Shown piece by piece: positions 46,201 through 55,500 of a DNA stretch of 64,000 nucleotides (the stretch's first letter is position 1; every line of letters starts with the position of its first letter). The stretch spans positions 8,912-72,911 of the forward strand of contig JBAZFU010000003.1 of the NCBI GenBank assembly GCA_041653195.1. The letters are read 5' to 3'. The notes under the pieces are model-generated. The model worked only from the letters and a program-made list of their open reading frames with translations, made no database searches and was not told the origin of the DNA. The stretch comes from an archaeon (GTDB lineage: Archaea > Iainarchaeota > Iainarchaeia > Iainarchaeales > JAAZKV01). A program made the translations under genes and the position numbers.

Positions 46201-49116
46201 GCTTATTCACAAGTTGCGAAAATGGTTTCGGACGCGCTAAACGGAAACTTCGGACAAGGAAACTGTGTAACAAAAGGCGCCATGGGTTATGAGTGCGTAC
46301 AATTGAGGAACCCGAGCGGTTTGGGAAATTTGAAAATGGATATTAAGGATAAGACGCTTACGATGTCGGACTCCAAAGCATGCGTACCGGGAAAAGTTAT
46401 TTCAGGCGTTGTGGAAAGCGTGGTATTCGAAATACAACAGGGGCAGGAATTCAAGGGAATAACAAAAATAACTGTTGAGGATTTGGGGAACGGGACAGTT
46501 TACAAGGAAGTCACTTATGACGGCACCGTAATAAGGGAAGAGAAGCCGGGCGTGCCGATGGTTCTTGAATTCGGCAACAAACAGAACGAACCCTATTCAA
46601 AGGAAATTATGATTTGCGCTTATTCGGGAAGCGAGAAGACAAATGAGGGAAGCCCGGGTTACCTCGAAGCGAACGGTTCGAGCTTCATTGTTCAGGCAAT
46701 AAATAAAAATGCCGGAAACAGGGAAACGAGCGCCGCGGACGGAACAATTACAATCGGAATAGGCACGCTGCACATTGATGATTTCGTTAAAAAAATTGCG
46801 GCGGAGAAAGATAAATTACAAAAAACAAAAGACCACCCTTACTATTTCACAATAATGTGGAAGGGCGGGCCTGACGCGATAAATTTCAAGGACTACGTTT
46901 TAGGATTGGGCGCGCTGGGACAAATGCCTGATGTCGTTATTAAAAATCTTGAAATGGGACCGGAACTCACAAAAACTGGAAAGGACTTGTCCGCGAACGG
47001 AAAGAGAAATGGGCTGTTATCATATTTTACGACCTGTGCAATAGTGAGCGCGGGATGCAGCGCTTACACCGGTGGATGGACACTTGCAACAAACGTCGGA
47101 TTGGATTGCGCATTCCCCGCAGCAACTATGTTCAAAGATGACCTTGTGCAATACCTTCCTTTCCTAAAGGGTGTTTACACTTGGCTTGGAAATTTCCCGT
47201 TACTGAACTCGTTTTTCAAATTGAGTTCTAATCCAACGGTGCAGGCAAAGGATTGGTCGCCGATAACAAATCCTTCCACACTTGTAACCAGCCCTTACAT
47301 TACCAGTGGCATTGCCGCTTCAAGCGCGACAAGGGCAGGAACAATAATTGCAAAACTTTCCGGAGGATTGAATTACGGAATGATAAAACAGTTTAGCACG
47401 GATGTAAGTGATGCTTATGCGACAAAATTCGAAGACTCCATGAAAAGATTATTCCAAGTGGGAACCGGCGAGGGAAAAATTTCCGAAGAAGCATTGGCAG
47501 CTATGAAAACAAAATACACCGACACATTCAGAAAAGCGGTGAGCGACAGCCTGTCTAAAGAATATAAAGATGCCTTATGGGCCGGCAGAAAAGGCACTCT
47601 CAGACCGAACGCGATGTTCGTGCATGACTTTGGGGTTCAAACGGACACAACCAAAGCGATAAACACTGCGGTTGAAGCGGCAAAGAAAAAAGCGGCGGAT
47701 TCAATAACCAAAGACCTTGGTGCAATTGCAAAGGGCAAAACTCTAACGGATATTGAAAAAATGTTTACCGTTACTGGCGAGGACTCTTTTGAGCAGGCCA
47801 TAAAAAATATAAGAAACGTTCCTATCGATGAGAAAGCAATATTTGACAGAGTAAAATCCTTAGGAGAATCTGCAAAAGCAACCCCTATTTTGAATGCCGA
47901 CGGAAAACCAATGTTAGATCCGAACGGAAGACCTTTGATGACCGAAGGACTCACCCCTGATGCTTTCGAATCAAGGGTAAATGCTTTGATTGACGATGTT
48001 GTCGAAAAGAGTGGAGTGCCAAAAAGCCAGCGCTCAACAATTGCAAAAGAAATAAAGGACAGCGTTATTGGGGGAGAAAACGGAAAGAGGGCATTGCTGA
48101 ATAGCGCCGCAAGAGACCCTGACGGAGTCGCCGCAGAAATAATAAGCAAGGCAAGGTCAGGTCTCGGAGATACGAAGGCAAGTCTAGAATTAGCCGAATC
48201 GGGAATGAAAGAAATCGGAGACAAAGTTGCTGCGGATGTTGTTAAAAATGGTGAAGGGGCGGTAAAAAATCTTTCGAAGTGGGATGCATTCTGGGCTGCG
48301 ATGAGAACTAAAAAGTTCTGGAGCGGACTCGGACGCACCGTTGGATGCGGAGTTGCCGCGAACTACGCAGGAATATACGCATACAATCGTGCAATCGGAA
48401 TCTCGAACAGCGATTTAATGTCAAAGAGCATCGAGCCGGTTGACTTCCTTTTCGTGAAGGGAAAAACTTACAAAGTTATTTTGGAAAAAGAAACTAACGG
48501 CGCGATAAAAATAATTCCGTCGGAAGTTTTGGGCGATGCGCAAAAACAAATGCTAATGGATTTGCAGACAAATACTGCTGGCGAAAAGAAGGGAGAGAGA
48601 TGGATTTCAGGAAAGGACAAGGACGGCCGCTACCCCGAAGACAGACTGCCGACATTGTATATGCTTTCAAAGCACCCTTACGATGCGCAGCAAAAAATGT
48701 CGCTTGCGGGTTACAGCCAAACTAATATTGACAATGCGCTTACAAAAATAGCAGATGCATCGACGCAGAGTCTCATAATGAGATATGTTTCAACAAAGGA
48801 TTCGAGAGGAAACGACAATAAAAAGAGAGTATCTTCAAACGGCTACCCTGCGACTGAGGGACTTGCAATCGCAATAATAATTAACGGTTCGAGCGAGTAC
48901 ACTTCAGAAATGCAGAAAAAGGAAATTAAGGACGGCGACGGTTGGTTGAAAAACAAGTTAACGATTGCTGTTAATGATTTGACTAACACAAAAACTTTTA
49001 CAAAAGAGACCGCGAAAAAATTATTCCCGGACAAGAACGACAAATTCTGGGACCAGCTTACAAAGGACGTTGCAATGTGGGACAGCGTTTCTATTTGGGA
49101 TAGGGGCCAACAGTAA
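40201..49116 (+). CDS. 2971-aa N-terminally anchored giant surface protein (paralog A)
   Basis: Short N-terminal cytoplasmic helix, one TM (res ~45-65), carboxypeptidase-regulatory/Ig-like repeats (VKDSVGNAVDGAKV...), Tyr/Asn and Thr/Ser inserts, helical C-terminal region. Confidence 0.85.
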   Translation: MISEKLAGFYTKLEDKYFDFLDFLDSKGVPVYKYSDFFENRGVPSFIVTIAIIVLLFALVGVGVALSTPATQEIILNLKDGDGNPLNGVTISVLDEKGNILTGPLEMRDGEIVSLPKLSQGTKVSLIASKDGYQGDQTEVALGTEVATGTLSLAASFQGINATLNLTDSETGTKIISAVVIATWNDMSFNFDVDDNGTYFKSGIPEGKTVTLTATADGYTALSTTAVFYNNSLRSFKMTPSSQSYGQKSSVLINVKDSVGNAVDGAKVTLVNNASEVILLEDYTKKGSVAGSIQTGLAIQILVEKAGYINYDSETVGESITLREKEKQIDVILQQGGQKLKVNVTNKLGLSLDESTVQLFTLDGEKINSGKTTTAGIEFAGLDTNVDSMIVTAHHEGYLAQKKYVSPSATTDLTFTLDNAGTDNSTVLEIFAVDETTLGVGGAKIELYIREDGNVLPYGYSELETPVTGYVSANVERGKSYEVRAQTDVLEGKTTIDVLGKTPAKAYLIMKRKASILEMDFAGPKGEKISGTATVNSVEGDLLYDGNIYNSKIFFDPLGKEVVELTVYLADGNSFLENVNIKGQSVVTVVVYSGVNEALSPKIEFIGLEDEAGNAIDGITPGAFYWAKFSVTYPLGAEQGGVHFRIGNDNEKFVQSGNGAIFDLSLQGANTIYSTSYSPTPTPGNETVDRSNAGQSGTPNKWAEGMINQPSGTYTAKVKVRITEYTAGTIDLKYRAWAINNGDYYRNPEDIALGSDAFTENKSGLYAETKVQQLKLYESLPECNGNICVALNFSDADGKFFDLTSFEAMQGNTYAFEAELSVQEAEIIDLTVSSPDKIVFTTTEKGFFDPSTGFVSSGTITSGFDSTTGSGVDGATETDTESGETTTTGFLSGLTQTLNGGATNNEKNTKWSFAAVDTEDALTSGDLQGFSTTGGTAASGATGKKEMTLRVSVGAGGRERVKFYFIGNTLGGAQINFRAVGSSQIEKAVSFNVVARKALLVELSKSQVNLGEEFTVKVRDANSGKGNIENALVQIINKDGETVKSISGDGGTGTGKGGNYTVENSFDAGLYTVQVSASEYPTKEVPLLVTTKNILDFPSKIEIKMPFNQTQTTVTPQPELINNSEFDLTQITYELNGSDKNKDGEINNFLFNIGLPPTLGNGGKMSIPITANYTGAISDSADETATLVIKAMVEGKFLTQITSKVHVSYNKKLDESCLKIGPSTVTIDLIGTEGSSDSEVVQITNDCEQAISMVNRVKENTAKSYVIVSAEDLDLQPGETTNVTITAENLIDRKFQRDNTYSYEVTWDANYLTKRLDVTVRTINPSLALSYPGQITLWLAQNSERGKAAAIQPIYITNVSNFPVEGITFSVQKEYASGTNVSLNVEPAAVINLDKGQSARKDAYAQAASIITEPVRASILIRGRMGQVYNRSGQRDAYNYYDNYYNDYADQTSGTTSEDYRYNINNYASATNGYSTGTEDLGIIDVMIYYSGFDCFRVSPVDDMSFFVSNSGGQIARRVAIQNDCAEPITVTGLRSATPQIMLSIYPMVTVGVKQRVEAMISAIPRIAMGSFAAADTTTTPTDTTTTTPDTTTTPPVTTPSTTTPTTTTPSTTTNNSSSNNSSSSSSSNTTSAGTTQSGFTNRSGTSAIKTPTYQLKVVGITSISQTPIESRPITIEIYSGDDVASQYSKVNKGVSIEVCGQTEKDKADFPRIATSNDCSNGYCDAKTAAKYLAQNLNNAIKNAESAGYSKQNLSENFGCENQGFCTFGAMGISTERIPLYLQNDRLSPEALSEALLETSGGSTGFSGIVGIGNYDIQPFDVTDTTISMLAQSGYSRRIFLDSKLQGCGYYKVGIDGAFPVVGGQVVFTEPIIVIRAIDFGSGPRVVTKECESNIINVANLNPVDEGYTSGDNKGTWLSTVGGSGALDEIANKIAKERYKAEDRHTAIGPGNRVELSEGPLVDSMAEMCMGSGGDYKTINVTVSSDISKLAKAQGKDTENAYSQVAKMVSDALNGNFGQGNCVTKGAMGYECVQLRNPSGLGNLKMDIKDKTLTMSDSKACVPGKVISGVVESVVFEIQQGQEFKGITKITVEDLGNGTVYKEVTYDGTVIREEKPGVPMVLEFGNKQNEPYSKEIMICAYSGSEKTNEGSPGYLEANGSSFIVQAINKNAGNRETSAADGTITIGIGTLHIDDFVKKIAAEKDKLQKTKDHPYYFTIMWKGGPDAINFKDYVLGLGALGQMPDVVIKNLEMGPELTKTGKDLSANGKRNGLLSYFTTCAIVSAGCSAYTGGWTLATNVGLDCAFPAATMFKDDLVQYLPFLKGVYTWLGNFPLLNSFFKLSSNPTVQAKDWSPITNPSTLVTSPYITSGIAASSATRAGTIIAKLSGGLNYGMIKQFSTDVSDAYATKFEDSMKRLFQVGTGEGKISEEALAAMKTKYTDTFRKAVSDSLSKEYKDALWAGRKGTLRPNAMFVHDFGVQTDTTKAINTAVEAAKKKAADSITKDLGAIAKGKTLTDIEKMFTVTGEDSFEQAIKNIRNVPIDEKAIFDRVKSLGESAKATPILNADGKPMLDPNGRPLMTEGLTPDAFESRVNALIDDVVEKSGVPKSQRSTIAKEIKDSVIGGENGKRALLNSAARDPDGVAAEIISKARSGLGDTKASLELAESGMKEIGDKVAADVVKNGEGAVKNLSKWDAFWAAMRTKKFWSGLGRTVGCGVAANYAGIYAYNRAIGISNSDLMSKSIEPVDFLFVKGKTYKVILEKETNGAIKIIPSEVLGDAQKQMLMDLQTNTAGEKKGERWISGKDKDGRYPEDRLPTLYMLSKHPYDAQQKMSLAGYSQTNIDNALTKIADASTQSLIMRYVSTKDSRGNDNKKRVSSNGYPATEGLAIAIIINGSSEYTSEMQKKEIKDGDGWLKNKLTIAVNDLTNTKTFTKETAKKLFPDKNDKFWDQLTKDVAMWDSVSIWDRGQQ
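44926..45115 (+). repeat. Thr/Pro then Ser/Asn low-complexity linker
   Basis: Encodes DTTTTPTDTTTTTPDTTTTPPVTTPSTTTPTTTTPSTTTNNSSSNNSSSSSSSNTTSAGTT; imperfect ACN-rich repeats. Confidence 0.85.
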
Positions 49117-49176
49117 AAAAATTTTTTTGAGAATGCCTTCCCCTAATCAGGAAAAAACAATAAGCAAAGAAAACAC

Positions 49177-49446
49177 TTATTTTTGTTTTATTTCCATTCG
49201 CTGGTTAATTTCTATCTTTTTAAAATTAATGGAATAAAAATACGCGTTTCGATTTTCATTAAAACGCCGTTTTATCAATCCTGTTCGAAGCAATTTTTGA
49301 AGCGATTTATAAACAGATTCCCTGCGCGCAATATTGGGCAGCTCCCTGAACACCTGAGTCAATGTTTTTCTTTCAAAAAGAATCTGAATAATTTTCACTT
49401 TTGTTTCGTCCCCAAGAACAAGCGCAAGCTGTTTTCTTGAAACCAT
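49177..49446 (-). CDS. Small winged-helix-turn-helix protein
   Basis: LGDETKVKIIQIL...TLTQVFREL..IARRESVYKSLQKLLRTGLIKR (ArsR/TrmB-like wHTH pattern). Confidence 0.7.
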   Translation of the reverse strand: MVSRKQLALVLGDETKVKIIQILFERKTLTQVFRELPNIARRESVYKSLQKLLRTGLIKRRFNENRNAYFYSINFKKIEINQRMEIKQK

Positions 49447-49458
49447 TACAAAACTTAT

Positions 49459-49501
49459 CTATTGCCCAATAAAATTACAGTATTTCCTGACTAGGCAATA
49501 G
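49459..49501. promoter_or_regulatory. 8-bp inverted repeat in a divergent promoter, candidate operator
   Basis: CTATTGCC (49459-49466) and GGCAATAG (49494-49501), 27-nt spacer. Confidence 0.35.
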
Positions 49502-49532
49502 TTAAAATACTTTTCAATTAAAGTCAATCCGG

Positions 49533-50756
49533 ATGAAACTAAGTTTTGCTTTCGCACTGATTTTAATGACTGGGCCCGCTTTTTCAATGCCCGAACTTAC
49601 GCCAATCTGGGATTTAAACTTCAACAATGGAAACAACGGCCTTCAGGATGTCTCTAGAGCAGGCATACAAATAGGCACGAATTTGTTTTCTTGCGGATAT
49701 TTCGGCTCTTCTCCAAATTGGGCATGGGGTTTCAAAAAAATGAGTATAATTGGGTCACTGCTGGATTCGAACATTTACAACTACGGAGGAGTTAATATTT
49801 GCGATTCAATGGCTTACGACGGCGATTCTATTTTCTACGCAGGGTATGATAGCGGACCGGGAAACAGAAGGATTGTAAATAAGGATTTAAACGGAAACCT
49901 TTTATGGCAAAAAACTTTTGGCCACGGGAGATACAACGGAATTACAATAATGGGTGACAATTTATATCTCTGCGGGAGTAACGGTTCGACAGGGTTGTTT
50001 GAAAAAATTAACAAGAGCGGCGCATTATACAAGGCAGTTGCCGATACCAACAATTCGTATTTTGATAACGCTATTACAAATGACGGCACTTACATTTATG
50101 TTGCCGGAGAAACTGCCAACTTCGGAGGAGAATTGCTTATTACCAAACTTGATTCGGATTTGAAAACTATTTGGACGCAAACATTTTTTTCCGAGTCGGG
50201 GGAAGCGCATGCAACAGGAATAGCTTATCTAAACAGCAAACTTTACATCGCTGGTTACAGGCAAAACGGGGCAGATACCAACGGCGTATTTATGCGTATA
50301 AATTCAAACAACGGTTCTCTTGACTGGAATTTTGTTGATACGAATTCTAACCAATTCTACAGCGTAATAACAATAGACGAAAAATATGTTTTGTTTAGCG
50401 GCTCCGACAAAAAAAATTGGTATTCTCTTTTAACAGATCTGTCCGGAGGTGTAGTTAACAGTTGGACTTGGGATTCAAACACTGGCTCAGGCGAAGCCAG
50501 AATAATGAATTCATATTACAATGGTGACGGCAATCTTTTCTTGTTTGGGTACGGACAAAATCTTGTTTCTGATTCAACCAACAAAGATTGGTGGATAAAA
50601 AGAGTTAACTTAAATACAGGTTTTCAAAAAAAATTGAGTTTGCCTGAACCAAAAAACCAGCTGCTATCCTATATCGTTTTTTTCTTAAGTATGGGCATAA
50701 TTTTAATTTTAGTAATTTTGCATTTAAACCGGAAGAAAGCTTCTGGCAATAATTAA
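49533..50756 (+). CDS. Secreted probable beta-propeller protein with a PEP-like C-terminal anchor
   Basis: Signal peptide ending PAFS; ~45-aa repeats (IFYAGY, LYLCGS, IYVAGE, LYIAGY, LFLFGY followed by W); tail LPEP + TM helix + NRKK. Confidence 0.7.
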   Translation: MKLSFAFALILMTGPAFSMPELTPIWDLNFNNGNNGLQDVSRAGIQIGTNLFSCGYFGSSPNWAWGFKKMSIIGSLLDSNIYNYGGVNICDSMAYDGDSIFYAGYDSGPGNRRIVNKDLNGNLLWQKTFGHGRYNGITIMGDNLYLCGSNGSTGLFEKINKSGALYKAVADTNNSYFDNAITNDGTYIYVAGETANFGGELLITKLDSDLKTIWTQTFFSESGEAHATGIAYLNSKLYIAGYRQNGADTNGVFMRINSNNGSLDWNFVDTNSNQFYSVITIDEKYVLFSGSDKKNWYSLLTDLSGGVVNSWTWDSNTGSGEARIMNSYYNGDGNLFLFGYGQNLVSDSTNKDWWIKRVNLNTGFQKKLSLPEPKNQLLSYIVFFLSMGIILILVILHLNRKKASGNN

Positions 50757-50814
50757 GTATCACTACTTTTCCAAAAAGCTTTTTAACAACCTGAAACATT
50801 TTCTTATTGATTAA

Positions 50815-52347
50815 ATGCTTTTCACAATCAACTCACGTGGTTTCAATCTTTTTTCAGCGCTTGTCGCAGCGGTGCTCATAATGGTGGGCGTGCTGCTCGT
50901 AAACACCATGACTTTTAGGGAATCGAGTACGCGAAGTCAGGTTTATTCAATGAAAGAAAATTTTGGTTTGGCGGATGCCGCAAACATTGCGAGAGCAGAT
51001 GCGATACAAACTTTCAGCCATTATTTCAGAAAAGAGCTCGAGGATTACCTCGCGTTTGACGAAGCCAATCCGAACTATTTCACGCTTCTCACAATACGCA
51101 AGGACACCGGACCCAATTTCAATGATTGGGACTCGCCAACAGGAAACAGTGTTATTCGCACATTTGAGCGGAGCATATTGCTGGAACCGGATTCAGCATC
51201 CCCGAATGAAAAAAAATATGAAGCAGTTGTAAATTTTGTTGCGCAAAATATTGTGGATAATTTTCAATGGGCGCAAAAAGGAAGTTACGGGAGGTACAGA
51301 ATAAAATTGAGCGAAGAAGATCCGTACGTTGCGCAGGCCGAAATAAAAACCGGAGTTTCAAATGCAATAGAAACCGCGCTAACTCCTGTTCCCGGCGCAG
51401 AAGAAAGCATACAGGATTTTTTTGAAATAGTTGAGTGCACGAAAGAGGACTGTCCGCTTGGAACTTTTTATTTCAACCTTCCATTGGACAAAATGAGCCA
51501 AACGGATTATGAGAATCTTCCCAGAATAATTGTCACAGATACTCACACCGGAGAAGAAATAAAAATTCCTCTGCTCCCGAGAGAAAAATTGCGAATTTAT
51601 ATTCCGCTAAGGTTTTTGAAAGCGGTTCACGAAGCGTGGCTGGTTGCAAAAAATTATGACTCTATTGGATTGAATGAAGAATTCGGAGGATACGAACTCG
51701 GTTTTTGTGATTCCGGATGCGCGCCGAGAGACAACCCTGAAATCCCAAAACAAGAAAACAGAACCGGTGCTTTTTGTCCTGAAAGTGCGACAAGTAATGC
51801 GAGCCCTCAAGAGTTGCTTGCGGGAGTTCCTGCCAAGGACTATGGTTTGATTGAAAAATATCCAAGCGGAGGCGAGAACCCCGGAAGTCTTGAACTTCAA
51901 AAAGCGGTTATTGGAAGACTAAGACAAGCACTAGGAGGAGTAACTGAAACTCCTCCAAGCGACCCGACTTTCGTAAATGAAATGACTCAGGAAAATTATC
52001 TCCTCCCGAAAGATTATTACGAAAACAGCAGAGATGTTTGGGAGGGCTTTCCATTCAAAGATATTGTGGTGCAAAGAAATTCTTTTGCAACGAAACAAGT
52101 AAAGTCAAATCTAGGAGATGAAATTACCGCCGCACCGCTTTATTGTACCCAAGTCGGATCAATCGAAATAAAAATGCTTTACAGGGAAAAAAACAAACAA
52201 TACATAGTTGACGGAAAGGAAGTTAATGGAGAAAATGTTTACGGAATAAAATTTGTCGACGAGAATTTTACCAAAAAAAGCGCATCAGATGAACTTTGCA
52301 TAAGCGATCCTAGCGCTCCGAATGGTGGAACCTGTAGCTCTCAATAA
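50815..52347 (+). CDS. Large (510 aa) class III signal-peptide protein
   Basis: SRG|FNLFSALVAAVLIMVGVLLV; several Cys pairs; directly upstream of giant paralog B. Confidence 0.7.
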   Translation: MLFTINSRGFNLFSALVAAVLIMVGVLLVNTMTFRESSTRSQVYSMKENFGLADAANIARADAIQTFSHYFRKELEDYLAFDEANPNYFTLLTIRKDTGPNFNDWDSPTGNSVIRTFERSILLEPDSASPNEKKYEAVVNFVAQNIVDNFQWAQKGSYGRYRIKLSEEDPYVAQAEIKTGVSNAIETALTPVPGAEESIQDFFEIVECTKEDCPLGTFYFNLPLDKMSQTDYENLPRIIVTDTHTGEEIKIPLLPREKLRIYIPLRFLKAVHEAWLVAKNYDSIGLNEEFGGYELGFCDSGCAPRDNPEIPKQENRTGAFCPESATSNASPQELLAGVPAKDYGLIEKYPSGGENPGSLELQKAVIGRLRQALGGVTETPPSDPTFVNEMTQENYLLPKDYYENSRDVWEGFPFKDIVVQRNSFATKQVKSNLGDEITAAPLYCTQVGSIEIKMLYREKNKQYIVDGKEVNGENVYGIKFVDENFTKKSASDELCISDPSAPNGGTCSSQ

Positions 52348-52449
52348 TTTGTCTTGATGCCCTCGGCACATTATTCCTATATATAATAGAGATAATAGAA
52401 TAGTTCAGCGATGCCTGTGCAAAGGTAAAATAAAATGCGTCAAGAAGTT

Positions 52450-52466
52450 TGCAAAATGATTTTGCA
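52450..52466. promoter_or_regulatory. Perfect palindrome, candidate transcription-factor site
   Basis: TGCAAAA-TGA-TTTTGCA about 95 nt upstream of the 2456-aa gene. Confidence 0.3.
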
Positions 52467-52561
52467 TTAACAGTTAGATTAATATAGATTGGTGGAAGTA
52501 ATATTATTTAGTTAATAAGTGGTTTGTCAGGGTTGTTGGTGCGGCAAATACGTGATTCTCT

Positions 52562-55500
52562 ATGGGCATAACTGATTCATTGAAAGACTTTTATTTTAAG
52601 CTCGAAGACAAGTGGTACGGCTTCGTGGACAAAGTATCCGATACTTTTCCCGCGTTTGGAAATCTGGTTGATGCAATTGAAGACAGAGGAGTTCCAAGCC
52701 TGCCGATAGTAATAGCTCTTGTATTAATTCTGATTTTTGGAATTTATTTAATATTCGCACTCGGCGGGGGCTCTGCAGTAACATTTACTGTTACTGATGC
52801 CGACAAAAATCCTTTAGTGGGCGCTAATTTAACGGTTTTTGTTGAGGGGAATGCCCGCGAATCCGTTCCGACGGGAGCAAATGGAAAAGTAACTGTTTAT
52901 CTTGCGAACGGAGATTACCAAATAAAAATTGAGAAGGAAAATTTTTCTCCGCAAACAATCGATTACACTGCGAATGGAAATGATGAACAGGGAATAATTC
53001 TTCTTCCGCAGGAAACAACAATTTCTAAACTGGTGAAACTTCAAACTGGAAACGGGGCATTGATTCCGGGCAATGGAACCGTAATTTATTCTTGCGAAGA
53101 AACGGGAGAAACCGGTTCGGCATCTTATTCAAACGGACAATTTAATGCAATATTCAATAATCCCTGCCAAACTATTTCCGTTGATTCTGTTTCTGGCTAT
53201 GAAATAACTCAAGGGAGAATTTCTTTTTCAGGAAGCATTAATTCAATTGAAGTTGAAGAAAAAACAATCAATACCGGAAAAGTAATTGTAAATCTTACTT
53301 CGGGCAGCGGCGACACGCCAATACATGCAGGAATAAAAGTTTTGTTGGTTAGCGTTGATTCTTCCGTATTGCCGATGACACAACTTACGCAGCAAACTTT
53401 GAGCGTGGCATTTGATGATGTGCCGACTGGCGCTTATCACGTGGTTGTTTCGGATCCTGATGGAAAATTTGCGGAGCTGGATTCTTCTTCTCTTGAACAG
53501 CCGAAAACAATTTCAAAAGATGAAACTACTACTTTCAATGTTACTCTGCAAAAAAGCGCTTCTGTAACACTTACAATAAGTGTTCTTGACGCAGATACAG
53601 GCTTGCCTGTTCTTGGCGCCGAAGTCGCACTTATGAGAGAAAATATTACGCTTAACACCGATGTTACGGGCGCGACCGGACAGGTTTCTTTCAAAATAGT
53701 TGAGGGCTCAATTTATTCTGTTCAGGTAAGCCACCCGAATTACATGCTTGCAAACGAACTTAGTGTTTCATCCGCAAAACCGAATGTGCAAATAAATATT
53801 GTGAAAGCGAACGAAGCGAATTCAAGAACACTGACAGTTTTAGCGATTGATCCTGACGGAGAAGTTATTAGCGATGCAAAAGTTTTCCTGAAAAAAAATG
53901 ATGAAACACAGATAGGAGAACCGAAAGTTACTGGGGCTGACGGAAAAACAAGTTTCTTCAATTTGGAATTGGGGGAAACGTATTACGCTTATGCAATAAA
54001 GGAAGGTTTCGAGGGAGCAAATTCTTCAACAATACAAATAACTCCTCGCGTTGAAAACCTGCTCAGAGTGACGCTGAACATCGGAAAAGGAACAATGAAT
54101 ATTAGCGTAATGGATTCGGACAGCGCGATACTAAGCGGAGCGACTGTCACGGCAGTGGATTATTTTACGGGAAAAACTATTTCTCAGGCGGCAACTGATG
54201 CTGCAGGATTAGCGTCTTTCGAGATAAGGGCTGATAAAAAAGTTTATTTCACTGCGGAAGCATCGGGTTACATGAAATATTTTACAAGCGCGGTTTATCC
54301 TGATGTTGGAGCGGCAACAGACAAAGAAATAATTATGGCAAAGGAAACCGGTTCGCTTTCGGGGGAAATAATCGGAATCTATAGCGGAAACAATCTTGTT
54401 TCCGGCGGAGATAATCAAAGCATTGCGCAGGGAACTTATACAGTGAAAGCGATTCTAACAGTTCCAAAAGGAAGTTTTTCCGAAGCGGGTTTGCATTTGA
54501 GAACAGGAAAAGCGGAAGAGGGAGTAACAAATCTTATGGAAGAAGATTCGCTTTATCTTGGAAGAATTGAAAGTTCGGCCACTAAAACAATAAGGGGGAC
54601 GACGTACACCCCTACAAGCGGCTATGATGTTGACCAGAAAAATTTAACTTCCGGAAATTCAAAGTGGGCGAACGTTACTTGGAAAAGTCCTGGCGCGGGA
54701 ACTTATGAAATTGAATCTGAATTAGTTATAACAAACACTGATGCCGGAATGCCTTTGGATTTGTGGTACAGGGCGTGGGCAAAAGGCTCATCGGTTTTGA
54801 GATACCCTTCTGACACTCCGCAGCAGGAACTTTACGCGAAAGCAAAGCGCTACATACTTTCATTTGATGCGACAAATGTTTGCATCGGAAGTTTTTGCAG
54901 AAGTTATTACATTGAAACGCTTACAGGAAGCGAAAAAGGAAAACGCGCGTACATAAACAACACTTTCCAGGCGCAGAAGGACACGAACTATGCACTCGTA
55001 TTTACCTTGACAAATAATTCTTCAAAAACAATAAGCGATGCGGAACTAACAGTCGAAGGAAAGTCGCTAACAGTTTCCGAAATAACTTTGGACGGGAAAA
55101 AAGTCGATTCCCCTGTAAAACTCGGCACTCTCGACAAGGGTTCTTTTAATAGCGGAAGAATAATTTTTGACACAACCTCTGCAGGAGTAGCAACATTGAG
55201 ACTCATGATTAATTCGACCGCGAAAAATGAATTTGACGAAACGATTACTGTGAGTGTTCCGGCGAACAAAAAGTTTTCTCTTTCAATGGTGCCGAAAGAA
55301 ATAATTCCTTACATTACCAACACTTTGTTTTTTGACGTCAGCGACGGAAACGAACCTGTGAGTGATGCGGCAATAGAAATTTATTCTGCAAAAACTTTGT
55401 TGGGAACTGTTGAAACTACCGGTGAAGGGCTTGCGGAGTTCGATTTGGCTGCGCCTACTCCCGGAAAAATAATTAAAATTGTTGCAAAGAAAGAAGGCTA

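Noticed and set aside
47637-48338. 233-aa minus-strand ORF within the 2971-aa gene
   Set aside because: Antisense shadow of a Lys/Glu/Ala-rich helical region; the same applies to the many 60-180 aa ORFs nested in larger genes.
40201-49116. Intein, RTX, RHS/YD or known toxin domain in the giant proteins
   Set aside because: No intein splice-junction motifs, GGxGxD repeats, YD repeats or recognisable nuclease motifs were found by eye; a profile search is still needed to exclude them.
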